A stretch of DNA of 64,000 nt from Candidatus Eiseniibacteriota bacterium. Its GTDB lineage: Bacteria; Eisenbacteria; RBG-16-71-46. The stretch spans positions 1 through 64,000 of the forward strand of contig JBGAOA010000016.1 in NCBI GenBank assembly GCA_044222065.1, written 5' to 3'. Below the pieces are notes generated by a model that was not told where the DNA came from, ran no database searches, and saw nothing but the letters and a program-made list of their open reading frames with translations. The position numbers and the translations under genes are program-made. Below, in pieces: positions 48,329 through 57,300 of the stretch; the first letter of the stretch is position 1, and every line of letters starts with the position of its first letter.

Positions 48329-49371
48329 GCGCGCGGGCGCGCTCGGGCTCGCCCTGGGTCGCGGCCTCGCCGCTGCTCGCGATCGCGATCGCGCTCGCCG
48401 CGGGCGGCGCGCTCATCGCGGCGCACGGCGAGAACCCGCTCGAGATCTACGCGCTCATGGCGCGCGAGTGCTTCGGCACGGGCTACGGCTTCGGCCAGAC
48501 GCTCTTCAAGGCGACGCCGCTGCTGTTCACGGGCCTCGCGGTCGCGCTCGGCTTCCGGGCCGGGCTCTTCAACATCGGCGTCGAGGGCCAGCTCTACCTG
48601 GGCGGGTTCGCCGCCGGACTCGCGGGCGTCGCGCTCGCCGGCGTGCCGGCGGTCGTCGCGCTGCCGCTCACGCTGCTCGCCGCGGCCGCGGCCGGCGGCG
48701 CGTGGGGCGCGATCCCGGGCGCGCTCAAGGCGCGCTTCGGCGCGCACGAAGTGATCAACACGATCATGCTGAACTTCGTCGCGTACGCGCTCGCCTCCTA
48801 CCTCGGCCGCCCGCACTTCCGGACCGCCACCGTGCGCACGGCCGAGATCGGGGCGGGCGCGCAGCTCGCGCGGCTCGATGCGTTCGTGCCCTGGCTCAAG
48901 GGCTCGCCCGCGAACCTGTCGCTGCTGCTCGCCGCGCTGCTCGCGGCCGGCGTCGGCGTGCTGCTCTTCCGCACGCGCCTCGGCTACGAACTCCGGGCCG
49001 TGGGACTGAACGCGCCGGCCGCCGAATACGGCGGCGTGAACGTGGGACGCGCGCAGGCGCTCGCGCTCGCGATCTCGGGCGCCGTCGCCGGCCTGGGCGG
49101 CACGAACTTCGTGTGCGGCTACAAGCACTACTTCGAACTCGGCTTCTCGGGCGGCGCCGGGTTCCTCGGCATCGCCGTCGCGCTGATCGGCCGCAACCAC
49201 CCGCTCGGCGTCGCGGCCGCGGCGTTGTTCTTCGGCGCGCTCTCGTACGGCGGCCTCGTGATCAACCAGCGCGTGCCGAAGGAGATCGTGGACGTGCTCC
49301 AGGGACTCGTCATCCTCGTCGCGATCTCGCTGCACGTGCTCGTCGAGCGCCGCGCGCGGAGGCGGGGCTGA
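48325..49371 (+). CDS. Nucleoside ABC transporter permease 1
   Basis: FRAGLFNIGVEGQ, EVINTIMLNF, GYELRAVG.N; GTGA overlap. Confidence 0.92.
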   Translation: MSARARSGSPWVAASPLLAIAIALAAGGALIAAHGENPLEIYALMARECFGTGYGFGQTLFKATPLLFTGLAVALGFRAGLFNIGVEGQLYLGGFAAGLAGVALAGVPAVVALPLTLLAAAAAGGAWGAIPGALKARFGAHEVINTIMLNFVAYALASYLGRPHFRTATVRTAEIGAGAQLARLDAFVPWLKGSPANLSLLLAALLAAGVGVLLFRTRLGYELRAVGLNAPAAEYGGVNVGRAQALALAISGAVAGLGGTNFVCGYKHYFELGFSGGAGFLGIAVALIGRNHPLGVAAAALFFGALSYGGLVINQRVPKEIVDVLQGLVILVAISLHVLVERRARRRG

Positions 49372-50276
49372 TGGAAGCGCTCCTGTTCCTCGCGGCGGCG
49401 CTGCGGATCAGCGTGCCGTACGTGCTCGCGGCCGTGGGCGCGTCGTTCAGCGAGCGCGGTGGCGTCATCAACATCGCGCTCGAGGGCATCATGCTGAACG
49501 GCGCGCTCGCCTACACGCTCGGCGCGCACGCGAGCGGCAGCCCGTGGCTCGCGCTCGCGCTCGCGATCGCGGCCGGGCTCGCGACTGCCGCGCTGCACGC
49601 GCTCGTCACCGTGACGTTCCGCGCGGATCAGATCACGAGCGGCCTCGGCATCAACTTGCTCGCGCTCGGACTCACGCGCTTCGTGCTGCGGCAGGTGTTC
49701 CACTCGTCTTCGAACTCGCCGCGCGTGCCGGGGCTCCCGGACTGGCGGCTCTTCGGGCTCTCGGACGTGCCCGGGCTCGGCGACGTGCTCGGCTCGCCGC
49801 TCGTGCTGCTGACGCTCGCGCTCGCCTTCGCCGCGCAAGGAACGCTGTTCCGCACGGCGTTCGGCCTGCGCCTGCGCACGATGGGCGAGCGGCCCGAGGC
49901 CGGCGCCACGCTCGGCCTGTCGGTCGGCGCCCTCCGCTGGAGCGGCGTGCTCGTGTCGGGCGCGTTCGCGGGGCTCGCGGGCGCGTGGCTCGCGAGCGAA
50001 CAGCACTGCTTCACCGACGGCATGACCGGCGGCCGCGGCTACATCGCGATCGCGGCGATGATCGTCGGCAAGTGGAACCCGCTCGGCGCGGCGGCCGCGT
50101 GCCTGCTGTTCGGCGCCGCCGAAGCGCTCCAGATCACGCTCCAGGGTTCGGGCTTCCCCGGCGAAATCTTGCAGATGCTGCCCTACCTCGTCACCATGCT
50201 CGCCCTCGCCGGCTTCATCGGACGCGCCGAACCGCCGCATTCGGTCGGCGTTCCGTACGACCCCGAACACCACTGA
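49371..50276 (+). CDS. Nucleoside ABC transporter permease 2
   Basis: SERGGVINIALEG, GRGYIAIAA...GKWNP, LPYLVT, GVPY; TGATG overlap. Confidence 0.92.
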   Translation: MEALLFLAAALRISVPYVLAAVGASFSERGGVINIALEGIMLNGALAYTLGAHASGSPWLALALAIAAGLATAALHALVTVTFRADQITSGLGINLLALGLTRFVLRQVFHSSSNSPRVPGLPDWRLFGLSDVPGLGDVLGSPLVLLTLALAFAAQGTLFRTAFGLRLRTMGERPEAGATLGLSVGALRWSGVLVSGAFAGLAGAWLASEQHCFTDGMTGGRGYIAIAAMIVGKWNPLGAAAACLLFGAAEALQITLQGSGFPGEILQMLPYLVTMLALAGFIGRAEPPHSVGVPYDPEHH

Positions 50277-50293
50277 CGCCGAAAGGAGCCTTC

Positions 50294-51151
50294 GTGGAGC
50301 GACCCGAACCGCAGCTGCCGAGCGCCGGCCTCGAGACGCGGGTGCGCGAGGCGGCCGCGTACGTGCGCGAGCGAACGCCGCTCGTGCCGCGCGTCGCGTT
50401 CACGCTCGGCTCCGGGCTCGGCGGCACCGTGGACCTGCTCGATCGCTCGACCGTGCTGCCGACGGCCGAGATCCCGCACTGGCCGCGCTCCACAGTGCAC
50501 GGCCACGCGGGCAAGCTCGCGCTCGGCCACTGGGCGGGCGTGCCGATCGTGGCGCTCTCGGGCCGCAGCCACCGCTACGAGGGCTATTCGCTCGACCGCG
50601 TCACGTTCGCGCTGCGCGTCATGCACGCGCTCGGCGCGACGACGCAGGTGTTCACGAACGCCGTCGGCGCCGTGAATCCCGGCTACGCGCCGGGCGACCT
50701 CATGGTCGCGACCGACCACGTGAACTTCATCGGCAAGCACGGGCTGCTCGCGCCGGGCGAGCTCGCCGCGCGCCGCGGCGGCCGCCGCTACGGCTCGCCG
50801 CACAGTCCGGCGCTTCGAGAAGCGCTCGTCGCCGCCGCGCTGGAAGCCGGCGTGCGGCTGCACCGCGGCGTGCTGATGGGCGGGCACGGCCCGACGTACG
50901 AGACCGCGTCCGAGGTCCGCATGGCCGCCGCGTTCGGCGCCGACGTCGCGTGCATGAGCACCGTGCACGAGGTGACCGCCGCGGCCGAGATCGGCTGCGA
51001 GGCCGCGAGCCTCTCGTGCGTGACGAACCGCGCGACCGGGCTGTCGAGCACGCCGCTGACCCACGACGAGGTCGCCGAAGTCGCGGGACGCGCGGCGGCG
51101 GGCCTGCGCGCCGTGCTCGAGGCGTACCTGAGGGCGTTGCCGCAGTCCTGA
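50294..51151 (+). CDS. punA: Purine nucleoside phosphorylase (trimeric PunA/XapA type)
   Basis: LGSGLG, GHAG, GRSHRYEG, GPTYET, MSTV.E, VTNRATG, HDEV; AAGGAG RBS. Confidence 0.9.
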   Translation: MERPEPQLPSAGLETRVREAAAYVRERTPLVPRVAFTLGSGLGGTVDLLDRSTVLPTAEIPHWPRSTVHGHAGKLALGHWAGVPIVALSGRSHRYEGYSLDRVTFALRVMHALGATTQVFTNAVGAVNPGYAPGDLMVATDHVNFIGKHGLLAPGELAARRGGRRYGSPHSPALREALVAAALEAGVRLHRGVLMGGHGPTYETASEVRMAAAFGADVACMSTVHEVTAAAEIGCEAASLSCVTNRATGLSSTPLTHDEVAEVAGRAAAGLRAVLEAYLRALPQS

Positions 51152-51267
51152 GCGGCGCGTGGAGCGGCCTCCGCCGGCGCGCGCCACCCCTTCTCGCGTC
51201 TCGCTCCGTCCGCGCGAGGATTTGCGCGCGCGAGACCGGGCGTTGACGGCGCCGTGATGATTCCGTC

Positions 51268-51861
51268 GTGCGTGAGAGCATCCTTCCGCTCACGACGCCG
51301 GTCCCAGACGCGCGGAGCGGACTCCCGCAAACGGCGAGCGAGTCCCTCCGCGCGGCCGGCCCCCGAGGTCCCGGGTTGTCCGCCTCGTTCCGAGTCCCGC
51401 GCTGGACCGTCATCGCGTTCGTCGCCGCGGGCCTCGTCCTCACCTTCTCCGCGCCCGGCGCGGCGATCGCCGCTCCGCGGGACGCCGCTCCCGTGACCGC
51501 GCGCGCGACCCGCGCCGCGCACCCGGACCACACGGCCCATCGCCGGCGCCACGCGCACGCGACGTGGCGCGAACGGGCGCGAGCGTCGGCGCGCGCGCTC
51601 GCCCGCCCCGAGGGCGGACGGCGCGCGCCTGCGGCCCGACGGATCGCTCCGCCGCGCGTCGTCGCGCGCCGCCCGCGGCCCCGCGTCCCTGGCCCGCGCC
51701 TCCGCGCGTTCCGCCCACGCGCGGCTCGTCGCGGCCGCCGTCCTCGTCGCAGTTCGCCTCCGCCGTCGGCCCTGCCGGCGGACTTCGATCGCCTGCCCGA
51801 CTCGCGCACGCGCGACCCGCTCGAGCACCCGCCGCCGTCGTCGGACTCCGCACTCGCCTGA
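51268..51861 (+). CDS. Hypothetical Arg/Pro-rich protein with hydrophobic N-terminal segment; start uncertain
   Basis: Hydrophobic stretch WTVIAFVAAGLVLTFSA with host-like codons; ends LEHPPPSSDSALA. Confidence 0.4.
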   Translation: MRESILPLTTPVPDARSGLPQTASESLRAAGPRGPGLSASFRVPRWTVIAFVAAGLVLTFSAPGAAIAAPRDAAPVTARATRAAHPDHTAHRRRHAHATWRERARASARALARPEGGRRAPAARRIAPPRVVARRPRPRVPGPRLRAFRPRAARRGRRPRRSSPPPSALPADFDRLPDSRTRDPLEHPPPSSDSALA

Positions 51862-51949
51862 GTCCACGACCGGGCCGGAACGTTCCGGCCTCCATCGCGC
51901 CGTCGCGAGGGCGCGCGCGATTCCTCCTGCCCTCGCAGCGAGAACTTCC

Positions 51950-52348
51950 ATGAAGGCTCTACTGACGTTGATCGCGTTCCTCGTGTCGCTGCACGCCGCC
52001 ACCTCCATCGCCGCGACGCCGTCCACGGCGCCCATTCACGCGTCGTCGAAGCTCGCGGCGCAGACGCCTGCGGCGGCCGCGAAGCCCGCGGCCGCGGCGA
52101 AATCGGCGACCGAGTCGAAGCCGGCGACCCAGGCGAAGTCCCGCGCGGCGGCCGCGATGCCGCTCGTGGACCTCAATTCCGCGACGAAGGACGAACTCGC
52201 GAAGCTGCCCGGTATCGGGGACGCGATCGCGGACAAGATCATCGCCGCGCGGCCGTTCAAGTCGAAGAGCGACCTGCTCGCGAAGAAGCTCGTGACGCGC
52301 GCGGCCTACGCGAAGATCCGCGCGCACGTCGTCGCGAAGCAGTCGTAG
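51950..52348 (+). CDS. Secreted helix-hairpin-helix (ComEA-like) DNA-binding protein
   Basis: Signal peptide; Ala/Lys linker; VDLNSATKDELAKLPGIGDAIADKIIAARPF. Confidence 0.88.
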   Translation: MKALLTLIAFLVSLHAATSIAATPSTAPIHASSKLAAQTPAAAAKPAAAAKSATESKPATQAKSRAAAAMPLVDLNSATKDELAKLPGIGDAIADKIIAARPFKSKSDLLAKKLVTRAAYAKIRAHVVAKQS

Positions 52349-52426
52349 CGCCGGCCGGATTCCCGGCGGACGCCCGCAGTCGTGCGCGGCTGTCGCGAGC
52401 AGCACGCTCGCGGCGGCCGCGCCGCT

Positions 52427-54337
52427 TCAGCGCTTCGGACCGAGGATCTCGACCTTCTCGATCGCGTCGCCCTGCGTGAGGCGATGGACGACGTCCATGC
52501 CGCGCACGACGCGGGCGAAGATCGTGTAGCGGCCGTCGAGGTGCAGCTGCGGCGAGTGCGTGATGAACCACTGGCTGCCGCCCGTGTCCTTCCCCGACAG
52601 CGCCATCCCGACCTGCCCCGGCACGTAGTGGAGCGCGTTGTACTCGCACCGGATCGTGTAGCCCGGCCCGCCCGAGCCGGTGCCGGTGGGGTCGCCGTCC
52701 TGGATCACGAAGTTCGGCACGACGCGGTGGAACACGGTGCCGTCGAAGTAGCCGCGGCGCGCGAGCCGCACGAAGTTCTTCACGGTCTGCGGCGCCTCGG
52801 CGGCGTAGAACGCCCACTCGACGTCGCCGCGAGCGGTGTGGAGGACCGCGCCGGTCTCGCGCGGCTCGTCCGCGAAGTCCGCGCCGTACTCGGCCGCCGC
52901 GTTCGTCGCGGGGTGGGCGTGTTCGACGCTGTCGGCGACCGCGGTGCCGGCGAGGTCGCGCAGCGCGTCGCGGATCGAGATCCGCGCATCGGCGTCGGCG
53001 TCGGCGGCGCGCGCCGCGTACGCGGCGAGGAGCGCCGGCACGCTCGCCGTGTCGCGCAGCTCGGCAAGGCCCGCCGCGCACGACGCCACGTAGAGCACCG
53101 CCGTGTCGGCGAGCCCGGCGCGCAGCAGCGCGGCCGCGCCGCGTTCGTGCCGGGCGCCGAGCACCTCGGCCGCGGTCGCGCGTTCGAGCACGTGCTTGCC
53201 GCGCTTCGCGCGGTCGGCGATGAAGTCGCTCCAGTCGCGGCCCGCCGGGGCGTCGCGGAGCGCGTTCAGCATCGCGACGCGCACGTACGGCGAGGGATCG
53301 CCCCAGAGCCCGCGCGCGCGGTCGGCGCCGGAGTCCCCGGTGCGCACGAGCAGCGCGCGCCCGGCCGCTCCGCGCGTCGCGGGATCGGGATCCCCGGTTG
53401 CGCGCGCGAGCGAGTCCGCGAGCGCGGCGCGCGGCGCCTCCGCGAGCGGCGCCCAGGCGAAGCGGTCACCGAGCGCCACGGCCGCCGTCTGGCGCACGTA
53501 GGCGTGCGGATGACGGAGCTTCGCCACGAGACGCGGGGCGAGCGCGGCGTCCGAGGAGTCCGCGATGAGCTGGATCGCGCGGATCGCGTTCACGACCACG
53601 CCGACCTCGGCGTCGTCGAGCGCGCGGAGCAGCGCGGGAATCGCCGTGCGCGACTTCTGACGGCCGAGCGTGCGGGCGGCGTACGCGCGCACGAGCCACG
53701 GGCCGTCGCCGACGCGGCGGCTCACGACCGGTACGACCCGGTCGGGCACGACGAGCTTCTCGAGCGCATAGAGCACGCGCCAGCGCACTTCGGGATCGGG
53801 ATCGTCGTGGCGCGCGAGCAGGGCGCCGAGCGCCGTTGTGTCGGCGAGCCGCCACAGCGCGACCGCGGCCTCGCCGCGCAGCCGCGCGGAGCCGCTCCCG
53901 AGCGCGCGCACGACCGCGGGCGTGGCGGCGGGGTCGGCGAGCTTGCCGAGCGCCTCGATCGCGAGCGCCTGCGCGTCCGCATCCCGCCCGGCGAAGGCGC
54001 CCTCGAGCGCGGGGCGCGCCGAGCGGTGCCCCGTCTGGCCGAGCGCGAAGATCGCCTCGTGGCGCACGCCGGCGTCGGCGTCGGCGAGCGCGGCGACGAG
54101 CTGCGGCACGCGCGTCGAGTCCTGGAGCCGGCCGATCGCGAGCGCCGCGCGGCGGCGCACGGCCGGCGACGGGTCGCGCAGCGAGCGCTCGAGCACGCCC
54201 TCGGGATCGGCGCGGCGATCCTCGGCGATCGCGATCGCGCGCAGGGTCTCGCGCGGCGGCGAGGCCGGCGCCGCGGCGGCCTGCGCACTCAGCGCGCAGG
54301 CGATCGCCCAGAGGGCGAGCGCCGCGCGCGGATCAGG
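52427..54337 (-). CDS. HEAT-repeat protein with C-terminal cyclophilin-type PPIase; start unresolved
   Basis: Repeated D....VR..A..ALG; FHRVVPNFVIQDGDP, GMALSGKDTGGSQWFITHSPQLHLDGRYTIF. Confidence 0.88.
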   Translation of the reverse strand, partial: PDPRAALALWAIACALSAQAAAAPASPPRETLRAIAIAEDRRADPEGVLERSLRDPSPAVRRRAALAIGRLQDSTRVPQLVAALADADAGVRHEAIFALGQTGHRSARPALEGAFAGRDADAQALAIEALGKLADPAATPAVVRALGSGSARLRGEAAVALWRLADTTALGALLARHDDPDPEVRWRVLYALEKLVVPDRVVPVVSRRVGDGPWLVRAYAARTLGRQKSRTAIPALLRALDDAEVGVVVNAIRAIQLIADSSDAALAPRLVAKLRHPHAYVRQTAAVALGDRFAWAPLAEAPRAALADSLARATGDPDPATRGAAGRALLVRTGDSGADRARGLWGDPSPYVRVAMLNALRDAPAGRDWSDFIADRAKRGKHVLERATAAEVLGARHERGAAALLRAGLADTAVLYVASCAAGLAELRDTASVPALLAAYAARAADADADARISIRDALRDLAGTAVADSVEHAHPATNAAAEYGADFADEPRETGAVLHTARGDVEWAFYAAEAPQTVKNFVRLARRGYFDGTVFHRVVPNFVIQDGDPTGTGSGGPGYTIRCEYNALHYVPGQVGMALSGKDTGGSQWFITHSPQLHLDGRYTIFARVVRGMDVVHRLTQGDAIEKVEILGPKR

Positions 54338-57300
54338 GCGTGACGGTCTGCGTGTCGTCCACGAAGCGGCGCGGCTTGCGCAGCTTGACGAGCCGGCCTT
54401 CGTAGACGGCGGAACTAGACGCGTTCTTCGCGACGAGCCGGTAGAGGTAGATGCCGTTCGCAAGGGTGGATCCTTCCGCGTCGCGTCCGTCCCACTCGAT
54501 CTGCTGGTAGGACGGCGTGAGTCCCAGGAGCTTGCGCTCGTAGACGCGCCGCCCGGACACGGTGAAGACGCGGATCTGGAGATCCACGGGCGTCGCGCTC
54601 TCGAGCGTGAACGAGAAACGGGTGCCGAGATCGTCTTCGAACGGATTCGGGAACGCCAGCGGGTTCACGATCCGCAGTTCCGCCCCCGTCACGTTGATCT
54701 GGAAGCGGTGCACGCGCGTCGCGCCGTTGCGCGCGCGCAGCTCGACGGGCATCTCGCCGAAGGCGTACGGCGCGTGGTCCCACGACAGCGTCCACTCGCG
54801 CCGGCTCGTGTCGCCGTTCGCGGGCGTCGGGACGAACCCCTGCAGGGCGCCGCCAACGCGCAGTTCGAGGTCGGTCGCGGGATCGAGCGGCTTCGGCGAC
54901 AGCACGAGCATCGTCATCGCGGCGGTCGGCGGGATCACGTCGAGGTCGTTGACGATCGTGCCGTTCGCGAACAGCGCGGTCTCGAAGCGGAACGGGATCT
55001 CGAACGGATTCGCGACGCCGTAGCGGTCCACGGTGCGGAGCACGTAGCGGTAGTCGTCGGCGCGCAGCGTGTCGCCGTACGTCAGGCGGTAACGGCGGCC
55101 GCCGCGGCTCGCGAAGCTCGTGTCGCCGAACGACGGCGTCACCGAGTACTTCGACGGCGGAATCGTCGTGATCGCCGAGTTCGGACCGAGCTGCTGGAGC
55201 GTGAGCGAGTCGAGGCGCACGTTCGACATCACGTCGGCGACGAGCGCGAGCGTGTCGCCGCCCTGGCGCAGCCGCACGACCTGCCCGGACGTGACGTCCT
55301 GGCCATTCACGGTGACGAGGCCCTGCGGAAGTCCGATGGAGAGCTGCGTCGCGGGATCGCCGAGCAGCGTGTACGACACGCCGACGTCGGCCTCGTAGGC
55401 GCTGTTGCGCGTGAACTGCCAGTTGCGGATCAGGGTCTGCGTGAGGATCTCGCCGATTCGCGCGGTCGCGCCGGAATCCCCGGCGGCCGCGTCGCGCGGC
55501 GGCTCGGCGAACATCGTCTTCGCGAGCGTGACGTTCAGGTGCGTCGTGCTGTTGAGCGGCAGCACCTCGTAGCCGGCCGAGGCCCACGAGGCGACCGCGC
55601 CGCGGCGATTGCCGAGGTCCACGAGCATCGCCCCCACGCAGTCGCCGTTCTTGCGGTTCGAATTCTCGGCCTCGTGGGCGAACGCGTTCGGGTGGCACGA
55701 GAACGCCGAGAAGAAGAAGGGCCTGCCGTCGTTGAGGAGCAGGTTGTAGTCCGTGCCGCGCTGGACGCCGTTGCTGCGCCAGAACTCCTCGTGAGCGAGG
55801 ACGTACTCGTTCGCGTGACCCTGGTAGTTCACCCACAGCTTGCCCGCGTTGACGCGCTGCACCAGCTCGGGCAGCGCCGTGAGCCGCGCGCGCGACTGCG
55901 TGTTCGTCAGGCTGCAGCGGCACGTGTCCGGGGTCTGGGGGCAGGGCGTGATGTCGGCCGTGTTGTTCGGAAGGTAGTAGCTGAGGTTGAACACCTCGAG
56001 GTCGGCGGTCGACAGCCCGGCGGAGTCGAGGACCGCGGACTTCACGCGCTCGTTCAGCAACCGGAAGACGTCCTCGTAGTCCTTGCGGCAGTAGTTGCTC
56101 GTGCCGGGGTTGACGCCGAACGTCGAGAGCGTCGAATAGGCGTCGTCCGAGATGAGCGTCATGCCGCGGCGCCACGTCTCGCCCGCGAAGCTCTCGTAGG
56201 CGACGAGCTTGTCCACGACCGCGTCGAGCACCGCGACCGTGTTCGCCGGCAAGCGGCCGACGTGCAGGTCCGGAAGCCGGGGCGCGAGTTCCGGCTGCGA
56301 GCAGTTGAGACACCACCCGAGCCAGTTGTCGCTCGAAATCGCTTCGAGGAACGATCCCGAAGTCGTGCTCGCGAGCACCGGCCCCATGATGCGCTGAGTC
56401 GGAACGAAGTCGCGGCTCGACGTGGGATCCACCGGCCGCGGGTCGATGCTGCCGTCGCCGAGCAGCAGGACGTAGCGCGTGTCCCAGCGGTTGTACGCGT
56501 AGCGGAAGAAGCGCTTGAGTGCGTAGGCGCTCTTGCGGCCCCCGTTGAACTCGTCGTAGATCGCGTCCACGGGTGCGCGCAGCACGCGCATGCCCTGCGA
56601 CTCGCGCAGTTGCGCCAGCTCCTCGGCGGCCGCGAGGAAGTTCGCCGGGCCGACGAGCAGGTAGTCCGCGCCGCTCGATCCGTAGAGCCCCGCGCGCGTC
56701 ACGGCCGAGTACGCGGACGCGGGCGGAGACTTCGGAGCGTCGAACACGACGTAGTCGCGTCGCTCGCCGAGCGCGGTCGAGTCCTGCAGCCGCAGCCGGA
56801 AGCCCGACACCGTGGACTCCTTCACGACGCCGGAGAGCCGCACGGGATTCCCGGGGCTCGTGACGTCGTAGACCCGCAGCGTGGTCGAGTCGGCAAAGCC
56901 GTCGCTCGCGAGTTCGAACGCGCCGGACACGTCGGCGCTGTTGCAGGCGAGGTAGCCGGCGATCGGCGCGTACGTGCGCCAGTACGTCACGTCGAAGTAG
57001 TTGAGCGCCGCGAGCGCGTTCGCGTTCGTGGTCGGATCGGGCGGCGCGGTGAACGCCTTGCCCCACACGCGCAGGCGGTTCGTGCGGCCCTCGCTCAGCG
57101 CCGATCCGAACAAGGTTGCGTTGCTCACCAACTCGGTGCGCCCCGCGAAGCCGGCCGAATCCGTCACCGAGGTGTAGGCGCCGGAGGCGTTCTTCACCTG
57201 CGCCCACATCCAGTGCGTGCCGCTGCTGCGTCCCTGGTAGGCGGTCGCGAACGAGACGGCGTGCGTCGTGTCGATGTGGTCGGTCGCGAACAGCAGCGTC

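Noticed and set aside
51950..52348. Natural-competence locus
   Set aside because: Only a lone HhH protein; no comEC, pilin or dprA in the window
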